A DNA stretch of 63,933 bases, the filler included, from Thraustochytrium aureum (Eukaryota): the NCBI GenBank assembly GCA_012862495.1. It is 7 parts of 5 records of this genome, joined end to end, with 100 filler letters (N's around TTAATTAATTAA, not from the genome) between each part and the next. Parts side by side here need not be neighbours in the genome. Positions count along the whole stretch, not along the records: positions 52,681 to 59,929 come from BLSG01000153.1; positions 60,030 to 61,577 come from BLSG01000154.1; positions 61,678 to 62,716 come from BLSG01000156.1; positions 62,817 to 63,933 come from BLSG01000170.1; 3 more parts are not named here. One strand, given 5' to 3'. The position numbers were made by a program, and so were the translations under genes. The notes under the pieces are model-generated. The model was given only the letters and a program-made list of their open reading frames with translations, ran no database searches and was not told where the DNA came from. Position 1 is the stretch's first letter; each line of letters begins with the position of its first letter. Of the stretch, positions 55,875-63,933 are shown in pieces.

Positions 55875-57278
55875 ATGGACGTGTCGGCTGCTCTCCAGCG
55901 TGTGCTCTGGCAGGGCAGCGCACCAGGATCCACTTTGCCAGGGCTCAACGCTTCGCTGGAGCGGCTTGCCTCGGGGTCTTCGACGGCTTCCAACACCTCC
56001 AACCGGGTCGCGAATGCGCCATCAACCACGAAACAACCCGCCTACTTTCAAGCCGCATTGCGAAACGGCATGGCAAACCCCCAGGCGCTAACTCTGCTGC
56101 AGCAGGGGTTCTTGCCACATGCTGTGCAGCAGGAGACTGGACGGCAGCATGAACTCACTGGCGGCACTGTCGTGCCAATGGATTTTGCTTCTATGCAACA
56201 GGTGAGCGCCAACCCGTTCCTCCTCAAGCAGCAGCAGCAGCAGCAGCATCAGCAACTACAACAGCAGCAACAGCTACAGCAGCAGCAGCAGCAGCAGCAA
56301 CAACTCCTCTTGCAGCAGCAACAGCAGCAGCTGTTCCTGCAAGCTCAGCGATCAGAAATGCATCGCTTACTCCTCAAGCAGCAAGTGGCCGCGTCACAGC
56401 AGCTCCCACAACAAGTTTCAAACCAGCTCCCAGCGCAGCTCCCAGCGCAGCTCCCAACGCAGCTCCAACTGCAGCTCCCAAACCAGCTCCCAAACCAGCT
56501 CCCAAACCAGCAAAACGCGGCACAGCTGGGACAGCAAAGGCAGTTCGAGCTTGCTCTAAAGCAACAACAACAGATCCAGCTGCACTTCCTTCAACAGCAG
56601 GCGCTCAAGCACTTACCGAACTCCACGGCCAGCGGCATGGCGCTCGCAAATCAGGCAGCGCTGATGCAGCAGCTCGGCTTCCTGAGAAGCAGCCTAGGAG
56701 GAAACACGCTCGCTCCAGGAGCGCAAGCAGGCTCAGCGTCACACGAGGCGGACTCGGGAGCCAGCGGGGCCAAGCGGCGCCGCAAGTCTGTTGCGGACAG
56801 CGACATCGTGCCAGGCACGCTTCCCAAGCGACGCAAGCGGCCCAAGATGAAGGACTGCAGCAGCCCATACCGCGGCGTTTCTTGGCACAAGCGGGACCAG
56901 CGCTGGATCGCGCGCATCTGGATCCAAGGCAAAATCCGCCATGTCGGCAACTTCAAGTGCCCGCGCAAGGCGGCGCTCGCCGTGGACCGAAAACTCTTGT
57001 CCGTTTACGGCGAGGACGCGGACCTCTTACTAAACTATCCCGACCCGGCCGATAGAGAGCGTGTCGAAGCCGGGTTGATGCCCCTGCGGGACCCAGGCGC
57101 TGGTTGTTTCAACAACGAGTCCCCTTCGAGCAGCCCTGGCGCCGACGAAGACGAGGCGCCTGAGCAGGATGACTCTGAGACAAGTGCGACGAAGCCCGTT
57201 GCTGCTTCCGCACCGACTTCGCCTAAAGAGACTCTGGCCGTGCAAGACCAAGTCGAGCAGAGTCTCAGCAAAAAGTAG
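55875..57278 (+). CDS. AP2/ERF-domain transcription factor with polyglutamine region
   Basis: SSPYRGVSWHKRDQRWIARIWIQGKIRHVGNFKCPRKAALAVD..YGEDA..LNYP is an AP2 domain. It is preceded by NLS-like KRRRK/KRRKRPK and long polyQ and QLP repeats. The true start may lie upstream in the gap. Confidence 0.9.
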   Translation: MDVSAALQRVLWQGSAPGSTLPGLNASLERLASGSSTASNTSNRVANAPSTTKQPAYFQAALRNGMANPQALTLLQQGFLPHAVQQETGRQHELTGGTVVPMDFASMQQVSANPFLLKQQQQQQHQQLQQQQQLQQQQQQQQQLLLQQQQQQLFLQAQRSEMHRLLLKQQVAASQQLPQQVSNQLPAQLPAQLPTQLQLQLPNQLPNQLPNQQNAAQLGQQRQFELALKQQQQIQLHFLQQQALKHLPNSTASGMALANQAALMQQLGFLRSSLGGNTLAPGAQAGSASHEADSGASGAKRRRKSVADSDIVPGTLPKRRKRPKMKDCSSPYRGVSWHKRDQRWIARIWIQGKIRHVGNFKCPRKAALAVDRKLLSVYGEDADLLLNYPDPADRERVEAGLMPLRDPGAGCFNNESPSSSPGADEDEAPEQDDSETSATKPVAASAPTSPKETLAVQDQVEQSLSKK

Positions 57279-58743
57279 GACCCGCAGCAACCTGTTGCGC
57301 AAACCTGCACCACCGCCAATGATCTGTTGTGCCTGAACCTTTTGGGCAAGCCCCAGACAATTAGTGCAGNNNNNNNNNNNNNNNNNNNNNNNNNNNNNNN
57401 NNNNNNNNNNNNNNNNNNNNNNNNNNNNNNNNNNNNNNNNNNNNNNNNNNNNNNNNNNNNNNNNNNNNNNNNNNNNNNNNNNNNNNNNNNNNNNNNNNNN
57501 NNNNNNNNNNNNNNNNNNNNNNNNNNNNNNNNNNNNNNNNNNNNNNNNNNNNNNNNNNNNNNNNNNNNNNNNNNNNNNNNNNNNNNNNNNNNNNNNNNNN
57601 NNNNNNNNNNNNNNNNNNNNNNNNNNNNNNNNNNNNNNNNNNNNNNNNNNNNNNNNNNNNNNNNNNNNNNNNNNNNNNNNNNNNNNNNNNNNNNNNNNNN
57701 NNNNNNNNNNNNNNNNNNNNNNNNNNNNNNNNNNNNNNNNNNNNNNNNNNNNNNNNNNNNNNNNNNNNNNNNNNNNNNNNNNNNNNNNNNNNNNNNNNNN
57801 NNNNNNNAGCCCCAGACAATTAGTGCAGGAGGAAGCAGCCACCACCCTGAGTGCGCCCGAAACGCTCTCTATCCCGGGCAATCAACATGTGGCCAAGCAC
57901 GGCCCGCTGTCCGCACGAAACCCCCGAAACACGCCTGAAACGACGACCACACTACGAAATCACAACATACACCTCACCTCAGCACCATTACGAGGTTGGC
58001 GCTTGCGCTCGCCTCACCCGATACAAGAGTCCGCACACGATTCTAACCAAGTAAAACAGTACACTTTGTATACGCAACTATGAGTCCTTCGTCTTGCGCC
58101 CGCGAGGGCGGCTTCTTCGTGAGCGAATGCGTCAACGAAAGTCACGGCATTCACTCCCAAGAGTCCCAACGCTTCGTGATCGAGCCCACAGCGGCCGGGC
58201 GGAGCTGCCTCTTTAAATTTACACTCGATCCGCGGGTGATTGATCGTCGCAAACGAGCTCTGCAGGGACGGGCATCTCGAGCCAACATCGGAAGGCTACG
58301 CATAGGTAAGTGCCGGTATCATTCGTGGGGGCCAGGCTTTTCGCCGTGGTCCCGGCTGGTCCCTTTTCGCACGCGGCCTCTGTCGCGCACAGGGATTCCC
58401 CGTGTCACGCTGCCTACTTGCGCAGCCTCGTCTACAAAGTGCCAGCTGCAGCTTCGACGTTTGCTGGACGAGGACCACCCCAAGCCTGCTGGGCGTCAAG
58501 GATCCCTCCTCATCTCGGTGACCATCACCAAACGATCTTGATCAAACGATTGTGCGTTGTTAAAATTGATTGATTGTTGATTGCTTGATTGATTGATCGC
58601 GTTTTGTTGTTGCTGGTGGTGTTCATTGTCGGCGCGACGAGAGACTCTTTTTAACACAGGCAGGCCCGCACAGGACAGGCGCAGCGAGACACACGACGGC
58701 CGGGCACGCGCTCGCGCCGCACTCGGCTCTCGTCAGATGGCGC

Positions 58744-59929
58744 TCAGGCCTCGCGGCCACGGCGCTTGGTAGAGTGGCGCGAGCCCTTGCTGGCCTTGAG
58801 GCCCTCGAGCTTGTCCTGGATGCTGCCCGCAGAAGGCGCGCTCGACTTGCCGCCGTACTGGACCTCGTGCAGCGCCGAGACGAAGCGCTGCGCGGGCATG
58901 TCCTCCGGCGCGCTGCTGCGCAGAAACATAATGGTAAAGCGCTCGATCTCCTCGGTGGGCGCAAAGACGGACATGACGAGGAGCAAAAGCTCAAAGCCCT
59001 TGGCGGCCGACTCGGGGTTCTCGTTGCTGCGGAGCTGCTTGAGGATCTGGATGTAGATCTCGTCCTTCATGGGCTGCTGCGACGAGGCGCCAAAGCTGAG
59101 GAGCTCGGCGGCAGACTCCTCCGGCGAGAGCTTGCTCTTGGCGTCGCCCATGTAACCGCGGATCCACTTGGAGGCCTGCACGGCGGCCTTTTCGGTGGCC
59201 TTGTTGGCGGCCTTGTCCTCCGAGTTGGCGAGCGTCGTGAGCGCGCTCTGCTGCTTCTTGGAGAAGACCATCATGGTCTCGGCAATCTTCTTCTTGCCGA
59301 AGAGCGCGCCCTTGGCGTACAGGGCCGAGTCCTTGAGCTCGGGGAAGGTGGCGATGTCCTTGTACTTGTGGCCCTCCTTGTCGAGAAAGAGCGACTTGAG
59401 CTCGATCTCGCAGGCGATGCGGCGCTTCTCGTCCCGGAGCTCGACGGCCTTCTCCATCTCGAGCTTGTACCACTCGATCAGCGGGAGGTTGAGCAGGCGC
59501 TTGATCTCCTTGAGGGTGGGCGTCGAGTGGTTGAACGCGTCGGCGCGCTCCAGGATGTCCTCCATGGCATCGCGGTCAAAGCCCTTGAGCACGACGTCGG
59601 ACTCGGCGTCGATCTTGCCGAGGTCCGAGTTGGCGCGCATCTCAATGGCGGTCTCGATGAGCTCCTTCTGGCGGTCGGTGGGGTAGTCAAACTCGGCGCG
59701 CAGCGCGGTGCCCTCGTCCACGACCTTGGCGAGCTCGTAATAGACCTTGTTGGGGTTCTGGTCGACGAGCTTCTCGAGCTTGCGCTCCAGGTCGAGCCAG
59801 CGCTGGAGGCCCTTGCGGTGCTTCTTGGCCTTGGCGAGGTTGCGCGGCGGGTAGTCGAAGAAGGCGCGCAGGGTGCCGATGGTGGGCTCCACCGCGGCGA
59901 GGGCCTCGTCGAGCATGACGATGTCGTTG
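58744..59929 (-). CDS. C-terminal MyTH4-domain protein (probably an unconventional myosin tail); 5' truncated
   Basis: AVQASKWIRGYMGD..PMKDEIYIQILKQLRSNENPESAAKGFELLLLVMSVFAP is MyTH4. Strong GC3 codon bias; no FERM domain follows. Confidence 0.82.
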
Positions 59930-60029
59930 NNNNNNNNNNNNNNNNNNNNNNNNNNNNNNNNNNNNNNNNNNNNTTAATTAATTAANNNNNNNNNNNNNNN
60001 NNNNNNNNNNNNNNNNNNNNNNNNNNNNN
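59930..60029. other. Artificial linker N44-TTAATTAATTAA-N44
   Basis: Same 100-nt structure. Confidence 0.97.
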
Positions 60030-60031
60030 CA

Positions 60032-60853
60032 ATGGACGAGGCTCCCAGCGCAGTGCAGCTTTCAGAGACCCACCGCATCATGCGTTACCGCCTCATCCGG
60101 GAGAACTCGGGTGACTCACCGAACTTTTCCAAGTATGAGATCGTCCCTGCGCATGGAGCCGTTGAGCAGCAGCTCTGGGAATTCGCGAGCAAGGCTTCGG
60201 ACGAGGAGCTTGGCCGGATCGTGCTGGACCACATGAACGATCGTCCAAATGTTGGCTCCGCGATGCTATCGTTGGAGGTGCTTGTGGCCAACTACGCCAA
60301 AGCAGGGCTGCGCTGGGGCTGCGTGCTGCTCGATGGGAAGGTGGAGCTCGGCCAGAGCACTATTGGTCCATTCGCGGCGATTTCGCGCGATAATGTCGAC
60401 GTCGCGGACATGAAGTCGACGGTGCTGTACTACCCTCGGCTCTAAAACTTTCCGTTCGCCGACTTGATGTGGGTGGAGGACGACGGCGGCCGCGGACCGC
60501 GCTCGGAGATGTACACGGTCCACACTATCCAGTGCACTGTCAGCCCAAGCCATCCCAAGACAGTCGGGGTTGTGCAAAAGCTGCGAACAATATTAGGTCT
60601 CGACGATGGAGCCAGGCTCAAGATTGTTTAGCACATGGCCACCTTGGCGGAACATGTGCAGGGCTACGTGAACGCGGGCACAGCGCGGTCTAGGTTATGG
60701 TCCTCAGCTTATTTCATGGCCGAACTCGAGGCTGTAGGCCTACATACCGAGGTAGAGATTCGCGTGCTCGTTTCGCATTATGAGATGTTGAACATGGCTA
60801 CAGTGTTGCCCGGAGCGGTAAGCCCGCCAGATACCGCGGAGAGCGGGTCGTGA
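60032..60853 (+). pseudogene. Crinkler/RHS-type restriction-endonuclease-fold domain fragment with two in-frame stops
   Basis: One frame reads VLYYPRL*NFPFADLMW...IQCTVSPSHP...KIV*HMATL. The YxP..NFPxxD..QxTxxxxH pattern matches my recollection of CRN/RHS REase domains. Stops are TAA at 60443 and TAG at 60629. Confidence 0.6.
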
Positions 60854-60854
60854 G

Positions 60855-60910
60855 ACGTGGCTGCCCAACCCGCGCACGTGCTGCCCAACCGGTGCACGTG
60901 CTGCCCCCGT
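60855..60910. repeat. ~20-bp triple tandem repeat containing CACGTG
   Basis: (C)ACGTG(G)CTGCCC(AACC) x3 immediately after the pseudogene stop. Confidence 0.75.
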
Positions 60911-61440
60911 GTCCTCCAGGCCACGCAGTCACGAACCTCGAGCGTCTCGCGATTAAAAACCCACGACAAGAACCTCGGCCGCACTAGACCTGGCTGAGAA
61001 CGGCTCGTGCGCCAGCGTATTGCAATCAGTTTACTGTTGGCGATCGAGTGCTTTACGTACACTACCGTTTGTGGTCGCTGAGGCTCACCGTCACTCTGAG
61101 CTTGACTGGCCGTGCGCGCTCTTTCTGCAGCTACACACCTGATCAGGTGCGATCAACTGTACTAGTAGGCCTATTCAAATTCGGCCTGCTTGTTGCGCTC
61201 GCCTTCGACACGGAGCCTCGTGGCGTCGGCCTCCGTCTCAGCAACGGCGTTTTTCAAGCCCGCGTTTGGACGAGGTGGGAAAATGATGCGGTGCGCTGGG
61301 TGCGCCCAGACTGGGCCGCTTGAGCGAATGCATTTTCGCTTGACGTTGGTTTATCTACGCGGCCAGCGAGCTGTTTGGCTGCCGATTGCGGCAGTGTCCC
61401 CACATCATGACTTGAATTGCATGTCACCCGCATGGAGATA

Positions 61441-61535
61441 GCGAGCCAACCGCGAACCAACTGCGAGCCAACCGCGAGCCAATCGCGAGCCAGCAGCGAG
61501 CCAGCAGCGAGCCGAGCGCGCCATCCACGAGCCGA
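61441..61535. repeat. Degenerate ~11-bp GCGAGCCAACC/GCGAGCCAGCA tandem repeat
   Basis: About 7 imperfect units near the contig end. Confidence 0.8.
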
Positions 61536-61577
61536 GGGCCAACTTCCAAAAATTTCAAAACCTTCTCCATCCGAGTT

Positions 61578-61677
61578 NNNNNNNNNNNNNNNNNNNNNNN
61601 NNNNNNNNNNNNNNNNNNNNNTTAATTAATTAANNNNNNNNNNNNNNNNNNNNNNNNNNNNNNNNNNNNNNNNNNNN
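61578..61677. other. Artificial linker N44-TTAATTAATTAA-N44
   Basis: Same 100-nt structure. Confidence 0.97.
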
Positions 61678-62143
61678 CCCCTGCGGGGCCTCGGCGCGCG
61701 CGACACGCTGCGCATTGAGGCTGGTCTCTGCTTGTACGGTGTCGATATCGACGACACGACGACGCCGATCGAGGCCGGCCTCAACTGGACGATTGGCAAG
61801 CGCCGGCGTGCAGAGGGCGGCTTTCTCGGTGCGGACGTGATTCTGGACCAGCTCAACAACAAGACCTGGACGCGCAAGCGCGTAGGGATGCTGATTGACG
61901 GGCCGCCGGCGCGCGCCCATGTCGAGCTGTTCGCGGCGAGCGACCCCGAGGGCGAGAGCGTGGGCGAGATCCTCAGCGGCACGTTTTCCCGACGCTGGCC
62001 AAGCCCATCGCGATCGGCTACGTCACGAAGGGCAACACCAAGAACGGGACCGCGCTACTCGCCAAGGTTCGCAACCGCATGGTGCCTGCCACCGTGCAAA
62101 GATGCCGTTCGTCCCCGCCAGCTACTACCGTGGCCAGGCGTAG
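61678..62143 (+). CDS. gcvT: Glycine cleavage system T protein (aminomethyltransferase), 3' part; frameshifts near 61988 and 62097
   Basis: [61 protein letters not shown](P)[22 protein letters not shown](A)[10 protein letters not shown]. Confidence 0.88.
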
Positions 62144-62716
62144 AGAGATCGTGCATGCCGGTCTGACTCTCTCCACCGCCTGCTACGCGACCGACCGTTG
62201 CGGTGCTGAGCTTGCATGGCACTTTCGAGAGCAACAGGACCATGCGATCATCGATGGGGGGGGGGCAGGAAAAGCGGGTTTGCGCGGGCGGTCTGCGGCT
62301 GCTCGGTGGTAGTCTTTACAAGTTGAATTTCCACTCCCTCGCAACTTGGCGATGATGATGCTTCGCTTTCGTTTCGATTCGACCTCTCCTTTCCACCTAC
62401 ACCCAAACGTTGCGATTTTGGACGCAAACGTCAAGCGCTCTACAGATGCAGACAACGAGAACAAGCAACCAGAGCAGCACGGTGCCGCCCCAGCGAGGAG
62501 CAACAGTCCCTCCTCCACATGCACACACAAGTCGAAAACTCAAACGAGCGTGTTTGTCGAGGTCACAAATCGCGCACGAGCGCGTTGAGGGCGTCATAAG
62601 CCCAAAACTGAATCGCAGCGCCTGGCAAGCAGCGGACAAGATTTGCCCCCAGGCCGTTGAACAGGCCCACGACGCCTTCTGCCCGCACCAGCTTGATACC
62701 GCAGTCGATAGAGTTG

Positions 62717-62816
62717 NNNNNNNNNNNNNNNNNNNNNNNNNNNNNNNNNNNNNNNNNNNNTTAATTAATTAANNNNNNNNNNNNNNNNNNNNNNNNNNNN
62801 NNNNNNNNNNNNNNNN
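62717..62816. other. Artificial linker N44-TTAATTAATTAA-N44
   Basis: Same 100-nt structure. Confidence 0.97.
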
Positions 62817-62927
62817 CTCACGAGGCGCTGCCGCTGAGAAGTCGAGACGTGCGCTGCGGGCTACGGCGCGACGCGAGCTGGCGGACGGAACCAGTGGCAT
62901 CGCGTGCCGGGCGAGCGAGGCCCCGGA

Positions 62928-63933
62928 ATGGGGAGCCCGGCGGTGGAGGCCACAAAGCAGGAGGTCGTGGTGTTGGTGCTAAAGTAAGTCTGCTGGGTTG
63001 GCCGGATTTGCGCGGCCACAGCGCGCTCTAACGGCAGCGCGCGCGCTTCGAGCAGCTTTCTGAAGGTGAACGGGTTCGAAAACAGCTATGAGGCGCTCGC
63101 AAGCGAGAGCAGGAAACTGCTCGACCTCAAGGACCCCGTCGAAAAGGTGCGCGACCTGCACGAGATCCTGAACGAGTACCTCGTCCTCTTGTCCAGGTCC
63201 AACTCGACGAGGGCGCTCGTCGCGAGCAACTCGGTCGGCCCCTCGTTCCGCTCCAAAGTTTCGCGCGCCTTTGACGGATTCAATCAACTCATCGAGGACT
63301 ACATGGCCCTTCGCGAGTACGTCGAGGCCGAGCACGGTTCTGCCGACGACATGGACCACGACCAAGAGCACGACGAGCATGATGTCGCCGTGCTCCCCGA
63401 TGACATGCTCGAGGGCCAAAGCGACGCGGGCGCACCGAGCCCGATCAACAGGCGCAAAGGCCACAAGCTGACCGGCCCAAACCTCAGCAACGTCAACTCA
63501 GCAGGTGCGCGGAGCAGCGTCACCACTTCGTCGTTCCCGGGAAACAAAAAGGTTTCCACAGGAGGCGCAAGCCTTGCAGGCGCAGCCGACCTCGGCGGCA
63601 TTGGTCTCGCCGAACACTCCCTCATGGCCACAACACCACCAGACACAGATCCCGCGGATCGCCGCGGGGCAGCCCACGCGCGCGAAACGCGCAAAACCGC
63701 AACAACAACATCAACAACAGCGAAAGCAAAAATAATTGCGGCGCGCAGCAGCAGCTCCATCACCAACGCCATCATCATGAGGCCAACCAGCGGCAGATCA
63801 TGGCGCAGCACCAAGGCCGGCACCAGCTCGGGTCTGCCTCGCTCTCCGAGGTGGTGGGCACAATGTCCGAGCAGCTCAAGCGCCGCCGGGGGAGCGTCGG
63901 CCACGGGCCGCAGCTCCACGGGTCACCCGTGCC
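62928..63933 (+). CDS. LisH-motif protein (NPAT-like N-terminus); exon 1 62928-62983, intron 62984-63055, runs off the window
   Basis: Splicing GTAAGT..CTAAC..CAG gives MGSPAVEATKQEVVVLVLNFLKVNGFENSYEALASES (LisH), followed by VRDLHEILNEYLVL. The frame stays open to the window end. Confidence 0.72.

Noticed and set aside
58774..59929. Long antisense/alternate-frame ORFs (also 40736-41311, 25786-26475, 46578-47789)
   Set aside because: These are shadow ORFs expected from high GC3 codon bias; they show no independent motifs.
6600..62143. Widespread pseudogenisation or programmed frameshifting (IQ ~6665, RGS ~19835, AP4E1 ~25145, TTLL ~33680, FAD oxidoreductase ~51651, gcvT ~61988)
   Set aside because: The shifts are 1-nt indels at or beside short homopolymers in otherwise conserved genes, which is typical of pyrosequencing-type error.
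48300..62143. Three-gene betaine-to-glycine-cleavage cluster including gcvT
   Set aside because: gcvT is on a separate piece, three linkers away; physical linkage cannot be inferred.

Overview
This is GC-rich, intron-poor eukaryotic draft DNA, not prokaryotic. GT-AG introns, AP-4 epsilon, TTLL, CCDC40-like, MyTH4 and AP2 genes suggest a flagellated stramenopile, possibly a thraustochytrid (inference). The window is a concatenation of 7 pieces joined by artificial 100-nt N44-TTAATTAATTAA-N44 linkers, so adjacency across linkers is not evidence of linkage. Many genes carry single-base frameshifts at homopolymers that look like sequencing errors. Piece 1 (1-28521): secreted PAN/Apple-metallophosphoesterase, a tandem pair of orphan EGF-like+7TM proteins, a multi-IQ protein, CCDC40-like, a TBC Rab-GAP, a tandem pair of 7TM-RGS proteins, Sec14/CRAL-TRIO, AP4E1 and a Tudor-like repeat gene. 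Piece 2 (28622-48199): a large hypothetical gene, TTLL, a small TM ORF, a PH-PDZ-DH-PH RhoGEF, short-form RNase Z and a multicopper oxidase. Piece 3 (48300-52580): convergent dimethylglycine-dehydrogenase-like and sarcosine-oxidase-like flavoproteins. Piece 4: a polyQ AP2 transcription factor and a MyTH4 tail. The small pieces hold a Crinkler/RHS-type nuclease-fold pseudogene, a GcvT 3' end and a spliced LisH gene. The best candidate for an undescribed system is the cluster of four 7TM genes within about 19 kb (two orphan EGF-7TM and two 7TM-RGS). All family calls come from motif reading by eye; no database searches were run.
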